Below are positions 9,005-18,203 of a stretch of DNA of 64,000 bases, in pieces. Source of the stretch: an uncultured Candidatus Saccharibacteria bacterium (GTDB lineage Bacteria > Patescibacteriota > Saccharimonadia > Saccharimonadales > CAIOMD01); NCBI GenBank assembly GCA_903859365.1, contig CAIOMD010000007.1, positions 477-64,476 on the forward strand, written 5' to 3'. A program made the translations under genes and the position numbers. Position 1 is the first letter of the stretch. Every line of letters begins with the position of its first letter. The notes under the pieces were generated by a model. That model ran no database searches. It was not told the origin of the DNA and saw nothing but the letters and a program-made list of their open reading frames with translations.

Positions 9005-9832
9005 ATGTTAAAAATATTGCAACAATTTAATAAATACAATCTACCAACAATCAATGAACTATTAGTAATTTTTTTTGTTTTTGCATTAGGGTTTTTAATA
9101 CTTCGTCCGTCATACCAGTTTGATCATAGACATATCACCAAGCAAATCAACCATGCTAATCATACTAAAGCTTTCCACATTCAAGCGACTAGATCAACCG
9201 TATCTTCACCCTCAAAAAGTATAGAAAAGGATAATTCTATTCCCCCAATTATTGACGGATTAGCACCAGTTATTAGCACCATTCCAACAAGTGAGCATGT
9301 AGTCTTTCTTGGAATTGATGACGGCGCCATTAAGCAGCAGTCTGACTTGAGCATGATGCAACAAAATAACATTAAGGCGTCTCTTTTTCTTGCTAATATT
9401 TTTATTAAAGATAATCCTCAGTTCTTTACTCAATTCCAGGCTGAGGGATCAGTGATTGAAGATCACACTGTGAATCATCCAATACCCTTTAATCAACTAA
9501 GCTACTCTCAGCAAGTTAGTGAAATATGTGGACAAGCAGATCTTGAGCAGCAAGAATTTGGAAAACGACCGACATTATTTCGACCACCAGGTGGGGCTTA
9601 TAATATAGACACCCAACGTGCCGCCGCAACGTGTGGTATGAAAGCTGTAGTGCTATGGATAGCAAAGGCAAATGGTGGCTCAATGCAGTATCAGGTAGGA
9701 AATAGTCTTCATCCTGGAGACATCGTACTGATGCACTTTCGTCCAGAATTTCAAGCTGATATGCAGGCCTTCATTGATGCCCAAAATGCTGCTGGACTTC
9801 ATACTGAGCTTCTTGAAAATTGGGTTCAGTAG
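9005..9832 (+). CDS. polysaccharide deacetylase (NodB/CE4 family), membrane anchored
   Basis: It has an N-terminal TM helix. The NodB motifs are FLGIDDG, HTVNHP, LFRPPGG and the LMH region. Confidence 0.85.
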   Translation: MLKILQQFNKYNLPTINELLVIFFVFALGFLILRPSYQFDHRHITKQINHANHTKAFHIQATRSTVSSPSKSIEKDNSIPPIIDGLAPVISTIPTSEHVVFLGIDDGAIKQQSDLSMMQQNNIKASLFLANIFIKDNPQFFTQFQAEGSVIEDHTVNHPIPFNQLSYSQQVSEICGQADLEQQEFGKRPTLFRPPGGAYNIDTQRAAATCGMKAVVLWIAKANGGSMQYQVGNSLHPGDIVLMHFRPEFQADMQAFIDAQNAAGLHTELLENWVQ

Positions 9833-9857
9833 TCTCGAAACAGGAATCATTTTTCGC

Positions 9858-9863
9858 TATACT
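9858..9863 (+). promoter_or_regulatory. -10-like box (TATACT)
   Basis: TATACT lies 8 nt upstream of ATG 9872, with no SD. Confidence 0.4.
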
Positions 9864-9871
9864 AGCTAGTA

Positions 9872-10288
9872 ATGCTAGAAAAGTATTCGGACAAACGAAT
9901 TGATATACTCACATTCGAACACCACGAGCACAAAATAATTACTAACTATCCCATGAATGAGTACGGGGTTGGACTCGATCATATGGCCAAGGATGATCCA
10001 TATTTGGCCTGCAAGTTACTTTATGGAATGCTCGTGAGCTTTAAGCATATGATGCCAGATATCGTAACTACCACGCAATTTGGAGGATACATAAAGTCTG
10101 AAATGGATGGAGATAGTATCGCCCGAAGTGCTTTTATGCGAAAACTCGAAAAAACAGTAGCAGCAATCCAAGCATTTAAGGCGGAAGGGATAGTAATCGG
10201 TTATTTTACTGATGATCAACGAACAAGGAAACCAAAACAAAATAGGGTTGCAATGCCAGACTATATCATTGACCTCATGGCCTCTTAA
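9872..10288 (+). CDS. hypothetical protein
   Basis: 138-aa ORF. No recognisable motif. Confidence 0.55.
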   Translation: MLEKYSDKRIDILTFEHHEHKIITNYPMNEYGVGLDHMAKDDPYLACKLLYGMLVSFKHMMPDIVTTTQFGGYIKSEMDGDSIARSAFMRKLEKTVAAIQAFKAEGIVIGYFTDDQRTRKPKQNRVAMPDYIIDLMAS

Positions 10289-10366
10289 AAAATATTATGG
10301 TTGCTTTTTTTCTTCAAAAGCATAAGAATATAAGTAATTCAAAGATGAAAAAAAGGGAGGGTAAAA

Positions 10367-11548
10367 ATGGAACCTAGTTCACCTTTGCAGTCAAACGGAT
10401 CGCCGTTGCCAGCTGCGAGACGCATTGATGATATACAGCCACCAAGGCCTTATTCTCCTGTTCCTCAAGCCCAGCAACCAACACCACCCTCTTCTCCACC
10501 CACAGTCCCTGCGCAATCACCTTATTATCAAGAAACAGCCGCCCCTGTGCCAACACCACCCCAACCAATAAACGCTCAAGACTTTTTTCAACCTAGTCTT
10601 AGTGTTCCCGTAGAGCCTACTCCTGTAGTTCAGCCAGCGACTATGTATTCCCAACCAGTAACAACAATACCGTCACAGTCGCCGCCGGTCATGAGTCAAG
10701 ATCAAGGAAATGTAGCGCAAGAAACGATGGTAGCCCAAACTCCAATTACTCCAATGGCGCCCATAGCGTCAAGCTTCGATAAAGTCAGCATTCCTGAGCC
10801 GTTAGATATGAAAAAAGGTAATAGCTCTGGCTTGATTAAACGACTATTAATTGTGCTAGTAGGGCTGATATTTTTAGCGGGAATTGGTTTCGGCGCCTTC
10901 TACTTTATTAGTCATTTAAGTACTGGGCCTACAAAATTAAGTACGTCTGACCTCCATACGGTACAACAAAACGGTTTTTCTTATTCCGTTCCTAAGACAT
11001 GGGTGAACGCGACAGACAAACTATCTGTGCTGAAAAATAACATCAGCTCTTCAGGTTTGGCAGATAGTATAACAATATATGCTGACAGCCTTCGTAAAAC
11101 ATCTGACGGAAAATATAATCCAAAATATGCATATTTATTTTCAGGCTCTAGTAATCAGGGCACATCTTACAGTGTTTCAGAATTTCAGAGTACGATTCTG
11201 AGCAGTCCTAAATTAAAAGAAACATTCCAACAGACACTAAGTAGCCAATTTAGTGCCGACACTTTAAAATCTTTTGCTGGTAGTATCTGTACACAGGTAA
11301 GCAATTTTAATTCTAGCTCTATTTTCAGCACTCCTACTAATTTTGAAATACTATTAACGTTAAATGGAGATTGTATCCTGAGTGCAACTGATGCCAAAAA
11401 TTATGGTACTCCACAAATTCACATTGCTTTGGAAGTTGGTTTTACCGAAAATAATGTGGACTTACTCTCATTAGCAGCATTCAAACAGTCTTGGGACTTA
11501 AATCAAAATGTATATAATACAATGCTCTCGAGCTTTAAAGGAAATTAG
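10367..11548 (+). CDS. single-pass membrane protein with Pro/Gln-rich N-terminal region
   Basis: GGGAGGG SD upstream. About 150 aa are P/Q/T/S-rich, followed by a TM helix (LLIVLVGLIFLAGIGFGAFYFI) and a Ser-rich ectodomain of about 210 aa. Confidence 0.65.
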   Translation: MEPSSPLQSNGSPLPAARRIDDIQPPRPYSPVPQAQQPTPPSSPPTVPAQSPYYQETAAPVPTPPQPINAQDFFQPSLSVPVEPTPVVQPATMYSQPVTTIPSQSPPVMSQDQGNVAQETMVAQTPITPMAPIASSFDKVSIPEPLDMKKGNSSGLIKRLLIVLVGLIFLAGIGFGAFYFISHLSTGPTKLSTSDLHTVQQNGFSYSVPKTWVNATDKLSVLKNNISSSGLADSITIYADSLRKTSDGKYNPKYAYLFSGSSNQGTSYSVSEFQSTILSSPKLKETFQQTLSSQFSADTLKSFAGSICTQVSNFNSSSIFSTPTNFEILLTLNGDCILSATDAKNYGTPQIHIALEVGFTENNVDLLSLAAFKQSWDLNQNVYNTMLSSFKGN

Positions 11549-11553
11549 TTATC

Positions 11554-12678
11554 ATGGATGACAACAATACGCCGAATGAAATACAAGTGAAAAAAGAAGA
11601 AATAGGAAACGTGCTTTCTGCCCAAATACCAAAAACAGTTACTGAAGCACCGCATTCTGAAGAAGTGCAAGCTCCTGTAGCCCCCTTAACGATTCCAACT
11701 CCACAAAGCCAGCCAGTGGTCTTACCTGATTCTCCTGTATCTGCAATTAATCTCTTATTGCAATGGCTTATGTATGCTTTCTATGGTTGGGCGTTGGTTG
11801 CTTTTATCTATTTGACTTCTTCCACAGTATATTATTACCTGAATGGCAAAGACTCACAAAGTTATGGATCACTAGCGCTTTATGCAGTTGTAGCGGTGGT
11901 CATCTTGCTTGGGATTGCCGTGGCGTGTAATTTGTTCTATCAAAAGAATGAACCTCGAGCTAAAAAGGGTCCTGCTGCTGTAATAATGATTATTCATGCA
12001 GTTATTTTTGCACTTTTTGCAATCGGTGCACTCATTGAAGCTATTTTTGTTATTGTAGCATATTCCCTGAGTAGTAATGGAGAATCAAGTGCAGTGTGGG
12101 CAGGGGTTATTTCAGGAATAGTAGTATTTATTTTTTATTCTGCAACCTTTGTACGAACAATAAACCCTCCAAATTTAAAATGGATTAATAAAACCTATAT
12201 GTGGGGAATGATTGGGGTAGCGATTTTGCTTTCTGTACTTGCAATCATCGGTCCTGCAACGAGAAGTTTTAAGAGCAAAAATGACCAGCTTATAGAAAAT
12301 AACATTGGGAGTATTGTGTCAGAAATTGAAACTAAAACTACTACTGACGGTGCTCTCCCTAATTCATTAAGCTCTCTAAAATTGAGCGGTGATGCCTTGA
12401 AAATAGTTACTAATAATTTAGTTACCTATATACCTAATAGCTTGCAGAACTCGGACCAAAATAATTACTACTACGAACTATGCGCAGATTTTATATATGC
12501 ATCCCCAGGTTACACTTCCTCGATAGGGAAAAACCAGAATGCCGACAACTCATCTAATTACATGACATATCCGGATACCTATGCTCATCCATCCGGTCAT
12601 TATTGTTACTTAATTTCTATTTTGAATAGCGGTTATTCATCAATGTATAATTCATCAAGCTCCACTATCACAAATTAG
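11554..12678 (+). CDS. multi-pass integral membrane protein, unknown function
   Basis: It has several hydrophobic helices between about aa 60 and 240 and a C-terminal soluble region of about 130 aa. It starts 5 nt after the upstream gene. Confidence 0.65.
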   Translation: MDDNNTPNEIQVKKEEIGNVLSAQIPKTVTEAPHSEEVQAPVAPLTIPTPQSQPVVLPDSPVSAINLLLQWLMYAFYGWALVAFIYLTSSTVYYYLNGKDSQSYGSLALYAVVAVVILLGIAVACNLFYQKNEPRAKKGPAAVIMIIHAVIFALFAIGALIEAIFVIVAYSLSSNGESSAVWAGVISGIVVFIFYSATFVRTINPPNLKWINKTYMWGMIGVAILLSVLAIIGPATRSFKSKNDQLIENNIGSIVSEIETKTTTDGALPNSLSSLKLSGDALKIVTNNLVTYIPNSLQNSDQNNYYYELCADFIYASPGYTSSIGKNQNADNSSNYMTYPDTYAHPSGHYCYLISILNSGYSSMYNSSSSTITN

Positions 12679-13307
12679 CAATGCGCAGTTGAAACAACAT
12701 CGGGCATGCCACTGGGGCGTGCCCGTTTCAGTTCATAAAAGTGTGAGCTTTGCGCAAGTGCGCTTATAGCGTCCCATAATTTTACTGATTCATCAATTTC
12801 AGGCAAATCCTGTAGAACTGGACCGAAAAATCCCTGTTTTTGGCCTTTGCTATTTTGGAAGATTATGGTTGGAACACCAATATCGTTTCCTACAACTGCA
12901 ACAGCCTGATCAATCTTTTTTTGTAAGATCGGGTCCCATTTCTTGTTATCGGCTTCCTTTAGTAATGACGCAGGAAGTTTTTGTTCATTTAGAATTTCTT
13001 CAATAAGTGAATCAGTAAATTTTTCTTCCCCCAAGTGGTAGGAAATTCCAAAGCGCGTGTAGAGATCTATTAAAGATCCACTATGTTCGGTGGCGGCTTC
13101 GATAACTCGAATTACTCTATGTGCAGCATAATGTTCCTCTGCGTAGGGTGTGTGCTTCGCTTCCGGCTCAAGTTCGTTATTTTTAAGTGTAAGGCTGAAT
13201 GGAACCCACTCTATGGTGATATCCCTTTTATTTGATACCTGTAATAACCAACGGCTTGTAATCCAACAAAATGGGCAACTTGGGTCAAAATAAAATGCTA
13301 TATTCAT
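12675..13307 (-). CDS. DsbA-family thioredoxin-fold oxidoreductase (no signal peptide)
   Basis: A CPFC active site sits at the N-terminus (FDPSCPFCWITSRW), and the length is DsbA-like. Confidence 0.8.
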   Translation of the reverse strand: MNIAFYFDPSCPFCWITSRWLLQVSNKRDITIEWVPFSLTLKNNELEPEAKHTPYAEEHYAAHRVIRVIEAATEHSGSLIDLYTRFGISYHLGEEKFTDSLIEEILNEQKLPASLLKEADNKKWDPILQKKIDQAVAVVGNDIGVPTIIFQNSKGQKQGFFGPVLQDLPEIDESVKLWDAISALAQSSHFYELKRARPSGMPDVVSTAHC

Positions 13308-13313
13308 AAACTC

Positions 13314-13319
13314 AGTATA
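13314..13319 (-). promoter_or_regulatory. -10-like box (TATACT)
   Basis: On the minus strand TATACT lies 6 nt upstream of ATG 13307. Confidence 0.4.
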
Positions 13320-13354
13320 CCACTATGACTCTTGGCTTTCGACTGCAGCTGATT

Positions 13355-13621
13355 TTAGGTTTTTTGTTTTTTTACAAAATCTTTAACTGAATCAGAAACT
13401 TTCGCAAAGGCGAGCGGCGCAAAAGCAAGTGCAGTAGTCGCAAGTGCCATTTTTCCTATTTCTTGAGTTATAGGTCTTTTGATGATTTCTAGCGATATAA
13501 ATGCTGCCGTATCGAGAGCCGCAAAGCCGATTATAGATATTTTTTTCATTTGATGTAAATATTGTTCATATTGAATATCAACAGGTTCCTTAATATTTTG
13601 TTCTGCTAGCTGTTCTGACAT
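13355..13621 (-). CDS. small hypothetical membrane protein
   Basis: 88 aa, with AAGAGGA SD upstream and two hydrophobic segments. Confidence 0.5.
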   Translation of the reverse strand: MSEQLAEQNIKEPVDIQYEQYLHQMKKISIIGFAALDTAAFISLEIIKRPITQEIGKMALATTALAFAPLAFAKVSDSVKDFVKKQKT

Positions 13622-13644
13622 AATTCCTCTTAATTAAATATTAA

Positions 13645-15081
13645 TTACCAATTTGAAGCGACCGGCATACCTTCTTGATAGCCTGAAGCTGACTGTACTC
13701 CGACAACAGCCTTATTTTGAAAATCTGTTATGGAATGCGCACCTGCATACGTACAGGCACTTCGAAGGCCAGCAACAATCTGGTCTACTATATCCTCAAC
13801 CCCGGGGCGCTTGGCATCAATAAAGAATTTAGAAGTGCTAATACCTTCTTCGAATAGTTCTTTTTTAGCTCTTTCAAGTTCAAGCTCCGTGTGATTTCTA
13901 TTTCTTACCGCACGTTGGGAGGCCATTCCAAAACTTTCTTTAAATAGTCGCCCTGATTCATCCTTCATAACATCTGCTGCGCTTTCAAAAGTTCCCGCAA
14001 GCCATGAAGCAAACATGACGTTACTCGCACCTGCAGCAAGTGCAAGTGCAACGTCACGTGGATAGCGTATGCCTCCGTCGGCCCACACATGCCCTCCTAA
14101 TTTTTTTGCCTCATCGGAACATTCATATACAGCTGAAAACTGAGGTCTTCCGACTCCTGTCATCATACGAGTTGTACACATTGCACCAGGTCCAACCCCG
14201 ACTTTAACAATCGAAGCACCGGCATTTATTAGATCACGTGTTGCTTCACGAGTTACAACGTTACCTGCTACTATTGTAGTTTTTGGCGCTACTTTACGAC
14301 ATGCTTTGACGGCCTCAATCATTTTTTGTTGGTGACCATGCGCCGTATCAAGTACTAAAATTTCGATACCGAGGTCTAACATTTTCTTTGCCTTCGCTGC
14401 CACATCGCCGTTGATACTAATTGCCGCCCCGACCCGCATACGATTTCTTGTATCTACATTTGGTGTATATATTTCGCTTCGAAGACATCCCTTAGCGGTG
14501 ACGAGACCTATGAGTTCTCCTTTTTTATTTATCACTGGCGCTGCAGATAATCTATTTTGCACTAAGAAAGAATGCATTTCTTCTATACTTTTACCTTCAC
14601 GAATACTCAATATATTTTTGCTCATTACAAGTTCTAGTGCTGCAAAACGATCATACTGATCGGCATCTTTTTCGGTAAATATTCCGACAGGCTTTTTGTT
14701 ATTATCTATCACTATAATGACACCGTGAGCACGTTTATGAATGAGATTAAGCGCTTCAGCAATAGTGCTTTCTGGATTGAGGGTGATTGGAGTTTCAAAA
14801 ATGGGATGGGCATCTCCAACTGAACCGACAATTGCTTTAACTATCTTAAGTGGCACATCCTGGGGGATGATTGCAATCCCACCTCTTCTTGCGATAGTTT
14901 CCGCCATTCTTTTTCCGGCAACTGCAGTCATGTTAGCTACAACTATGGGAATCGTGCCTACTCCATCAGGAGTTGACAAGTCTACATCAAATCGCGACTG
15001 TACGGATGTTTCCTGGGGGACCATGAAGACATCACTATAGGTCAGGTCATACGGAGGCATGACGGTATTTAGAAATTTCAT
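13645..15081 (-). CDS. IMP dehydrogenase family protein, GuaB1 type (probable GMP reductase)
   Basis: 478 aa. TIM-barrel IMPDH blocks are present ([29 protein letters not shown]) with an internal CBS pair. The N-terminus resembles the GuaB1 subfamily. Confidence 0.85.
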   Translation of the reverse strand: MKFLNTVMPPYDLTYSDVFMVPQETSVQSRFDVDLSTPDGVGTIPIVVANMTAVAGKRMAETIARRGGIAIIPQDVPLKIVKAIVGSVGDAHPIFETPITLNPESTIAEALNLIHKRAHGVIIVIDNNKKPVGIFTEKDADQYDRFAALELVMSKNILSIREGKSIEEMHSFLVQNRLSAAPVINKKGELIGLVTAKGCLRSEIYTPNVDTRNRMRVGAAISINGDVAAKAKKMLDLGIEILVLDTAHGHQQKMIEAVKACRKVAPKTTIVAGNVVTREATRDLINAGASIVKVGVGPGAMCTTRMMTGVGRPQFSAVYECSDEAKKLGGHVWADGGIRYPRDVALALAAGASNVMFASWLAGTFESAADVMKDESGRLFKESFGMASQRAVRNRNHTELELERAKKELFEEGISTSKFFIDAKRPGVEDIVDQIVAGLRSACTYAGAHSITDFQNKAVVGVQSASGYQEGMPVASNW

Positions 15082-15129
15082 AAACCCTCTTTTCTACAAG
15101 TTTAAATCTATGCCTGATTTGGTTACTTG

Positions 15130-16287
15130 TCAATGTTTTTGAGGCAATATAACTTGTTGTTTTCTCAGAGTATCTGTAATTGTTCTTTTAGCAAATGCTT
15201 CACAGGCTGCTTTAGCATCAGCGTACATCATTTGCTCTGGGGGAGTTTTTTGTGTCCACGCACTTGGTCCACGAAGCGCTCCAACAATACCAAGTTCTTT
15301 TGCTACCTGAAGATAGCGTATGGCATCAATAACGACTCCAGCACTATTTTCTGAGTCTTGAACAGATAGTTTTATATCAATATCTACAGGTGCATCTCCA
15401 AAACCACGAAGACGAAGATTAAAATAGGCAACTTTATTATCTTTTAGATAGGGAAGATGAGTGCTTGGCCCAGCAAAAAGGCTATGCTCAGGCACGGGAA
15501 TGCCACGAATATCATTTTGTGCGCGGATGACATTCTCTTTTGATTTCTTCTTTGAAGCAAGACGGGACTGCACCATCATATTATTAAAGTCGGTGTTTCC
15601 GCCAATATTAAGTTGTTGGTGAAAATCGACAACAAATCCTCTATCGAAAGCCAATTCTTGTAGCACCTGGGAAAGGATACTTGCGCCAAGCGCGCTTCGC
15701 ATATCATCTCCCACGATTGGTAATTTTGCATCAATAAATTTCTTTTCCCACTTCGGATCACTGGCAATAAAAACAGGGATACAATTCAAGAAGGCAACCT
15801 TTGCATCAATTGCAGCCTGCGCGTAAAATTCTGTTGCCTCCTGAGAGCCAACCGGTAAATAATTGACGAGTATATCTGCGCCTGATTCTTTAAGTACTTT
15901 CACAACGTCAACGGGTTTTTTATTGGCAAGACGGAAACCAAGTTCTTCGGGTTGGCTAAGCATGTAGTCGGATACCCCATCAAGGGTGTGACCCATTTGA
16001 ACGATGGGTCCCGCGGGTACATCTTTATAAAAAACTCGAGCACAATTGGGTAGGGCAAATATAGCATCACCGATTGGTTTGCCAACTTTACGTATATCGA
16101 CATCAAATGCTGCGACAACCTCAATGTCGGTTGGTGCGTACCCACCAATATCTTCAAACATTATTCCTGACACGGAATTGTTTTTATTTGCCTTATAATA
16201 TGCAAAACCTTGATAGAGTGCAGAGAAACAGTTTCCAACTCCGATAACAGCGATTTTAATCTTTTTATTTGGTGATTTATTTACCAT
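15130..16287 (-). CDS. ino1: myo-inositol-1-phosphate synthase (inositol-3-phosphate synthase)
   Basis: It shows IAVIGVGNCFSALYQG NAD-binding and the overall MIPS pattern. ATG 16287 (MVNKSPNKK) is preferred because the longer ORF-track start overlaps the upstream gene. Confidence 0.85.
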   Translation of the reverse strand: MVNKSPNKKIKIAVIGVGNCFSALYQGFAYYKANKNNSVSGIMFEDIGGYAPTDIEVVAAFDVDIRKVGKPIGDAIFALPNCARVFYKDVPAGPIVQMGHTLDGVSDYMLSQPEELGFRLANKKPVDVVKVLKESGADILVNYLPVGSQEATEFYAQAAIDAKVAFLNCIPVFIASDPKWEKKFIDAKLPIVGDDMRSALGASILSQVLQELAFDRGFVVDFHQQLNIGGNTDFNNMMVQSRLASKKKSKENVIRAQNDIRGIPVPEHSLFAGPSTHLPYLKDNKVAYFNLRLRGFGDAPVDIDIKLSVQDSENSAGVVIDAIRYLQVAKELGIVGALRGPSAWTQKTPPEQMMYADAKAACEAFAKRTITDTLRKQQVILPQKH

Positions 16288-16316
16288 AGTAATTATGCCT
16301 ATTCTAACATATTTTT

Positions 16317-16871
16317 TTAAAATGGCTGTTCTTTGAGTCCTATGAGCCAGCCAATAAAGGTTGAAATAGGATGAAGAATAAACCAAACAATACCTATCAT
16401 GACTATTTGCCCAAAGGATAATTCAACAAAGATTTGACACGCTAAAAGGCCCCCGATAATGTAGTCAATTTGATCAAACGGAAACCATGTTTTACCTGAC
16501 TTAATATTAAATTGTCTTTTAAAGAAACTCTTTATTGCATCACCAATGAGCGCCCCTCCACCAAGAGCAGCTCCTGCAACAATCGGATTAATGGAGTTAT
16601 AGGGAATTGATCCGGAAATGCTGTGAATCCAAGCACTATGGTGAAACCCTATCACCTGAAGCCAAAATACAAGTATGCCCATCACAATACCTGCGATAAA
16701 GCCGCGAACAGTTTTATGATTCCCGGTTATTCTTTTGCCTCGAAAATGCTTGCCACCGTCAATCGGTATCGCGAGCCAATCGCTCCCAGGAATTTTATTT
16801 GCAAAGACGGGTGCAGCATTAGCGAGACCGGCGGGTAAAAAGAACCATAAAGCAAAAAGAATATCTTTCAT
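16317..16871 (-). CDS. CDP-archaeol synthase (CarS/DUF46)-like membrane cytidylyltransferase
   Basis: 184 aa and polytopic. The sequence LPAGLANAAPVFANKIP...IPIDGGKHFRGKRITGNHKTVRGFIAG matches the CarS family pattern as I recall it (P-x-x-AN-x-x-PV, PIDGG, G-x-x-KT-x-RG). Confidence 0.7.
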   Translation of the reverse strand: MKDILFALWFFLPAGLANAAPVFANKIPGSDWLAIPIDGGKHFRGKRITGNHKTVRGFIAGIVMGILVFWLQVIGFHHSAWIHSISGSIPYNSINPIVAGAALGGGALIGDAIKSFFKRQFNIKSGKTWFPFDQIDYIIGGLLACQIFVELSFGQIVMIGIVWFILHPISTFIGWLIGLKEQPF

Positions 16872-16887
16872 TTAATTTGAAGTGAAA

Positions 16888-17526
16888 TTATTTTTCATGT
16901 TGCGCAACGGTTATTACTACTTTAACCAACCGCTGAATAGCAGTAAGTGTACTTATGATAGCTATTATAGCAATAGTTTGTGCTGGTACATTAAACAGTA
17001 ATCCAAGAACAAGAATAAACATTCTTATTTCAAATCTCATAAGTCCATCAGCAAACATTTTGTTCTTTATTTGAGCTGAAATGTTTGTGTCATTTAGGGC
17101 AGATTCACCTTTTGCTTTGATATAGCTGATGCAAAGCGAACTCCCAACAGCGATAACCGCCCAGACTGCATAACCACTATAGTTATGGTGAATACACCAA
17201 TAAGCAAGTGAGGCATAAAGTATCACTTCTTTCATCCGATCAGTTGAAGCATCCAGTACCATCCCCGCTAAACTTTCTTTCTCCTGCAGCCTGGCAAGTT
17301 CACCATCAAGCGTATCAAAGAGACCAAAAATGATGAGCGTAACAGCGGCAGCAGTAAGTTGACTCTGAAGGATGAAGTAGGCAATCAACAAATGCATTAA
17401 AAGTCCTACAATTGTCACCATATTCGGCGTAACTTTTCCTCTTGAAATAAGGTGGGTAGCGCGAGCTATTTTTTTCATTACGCTACGTACTTGTTTTCGT
17501 ATGGGGTCAATTATTTCGTTTATCAT
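16888..17526 (-). CDS. CDP-alcohol phosphatidyltransferase (phosphatidyl-/archaetidyl-inositol-phosphate synthase-like)
   Basis: An exact DG-x2-AR-x8-G-x3-D-x3-D motif is present (DTLDGELARLQEKESLAGMVLDASTD). ATG 17526 overlaps the upstream stop (ATGA). Confidence 0.85.
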   Translation of the reverse strand: MINEIIDPIRKQVRSVMKKIARATHLISRGKVTPNMVTIVGLLMHLLIAYFILQSQLTAAAVTLIIFGLFDTLDGELARLQEKESLAGMVLDASTDRMKEVILYASLAYWCIHHNYSGYAVWAVIAVGSSLCISYIKAKGESALNDTNISAQIKNKMFADGLMRFEIRMFILVLGLLFNVPAQTIAIIAIISTLTAIQRLVKVVITVAQHEK

Positions 17527-18059
17527 GGGAGATGCCTTAGTAGTGAGACTATTTTTGGTTGCCAATAATTTCTGCCAATCATAGTTTCAACTTTTGAATT
17601 AAATTTATTTGCTTGAATTGCAATGGAATAAAGACCCGATTTATTTGCTCCCCATATATCCTGGAGTGGTCGATCTCCTACCATTGCTATATTTTCAGGC
17701 TTTAGCTTGGCATGTGCAAGTATTTTTTTATAGAACGCTTTTTGTGGTTTCTTAATGCCTTCCTGTACCGTCACAATTCCATTTACGCGCAGCTTTTTGC
17801 CTATGACATTAAGGGAACGTTTCGTATTTGAAGCAAGGATAATGGTGGAGATTCCCGCTTCGTGAATCTTTTTCGTTAATGCATCTGCATACGTGGCGTC
17901 AATATCCATATGACCATGATCAATTAGCGTTCCATCTACATCAAAAGCCATAGCTTTAATGCCCATTTCTGCCAACAGTTTGTAGTTAATATCCATAACT
18001 GAGGTTGCAATAAAATCAGGACGAAAACCGTTACTTTTATTTTTTTTAGTAGCTTGCAT
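17523..18059 (-). CDS. HAD-IIIA phosphatase, YqeG/PGP-phosphatase-like
   Basis: HAD motif I is AFDVDGTL and the distal motif is MVGDRPLQD. Size and pattern fit the YqeG family. Confidence 0.8.
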   Translation of the reverse strand: MQATKKNKSNGFRPDFIATSVMDINYKLLAEMGIKAMAFDVDGTLIDHGHMDIDATYADALTKKIHEAGISTIILASNTKRSLNVIGKKLRVNGIVTVQEGIKKPQKAFYKKILAHAKLKPENIAMVGDRPLQDIWGANKSGLYSIAIQANKFNSKVETMIGRNYWQPKIVSLLRHLP

Positions 18060-18069
18060 CTGTAGTCTT

Positions 18070-18075
18070 AGTATA
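18070..18075 (-). promoter_or_regulatory. -10-like box (TATACT)
   Basis: On the minus strand TATACT lies 10 nt upstream of ATG 18059, the first gene of the inositol-lipid operon. Confidence 0.35.
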
Positions 18076-18203
18076 CCTAATTAATACACAAACAAGTAGC
18101 CGGAGGTGTATTAAAGCATAAGCCTGTTGCTAAATTTACTATATTTTTTTAATTTAAAAAGTGTAAAGTCAAAAGTGTACCCTAAATATTAAAAGGAGAA
18201 AAT

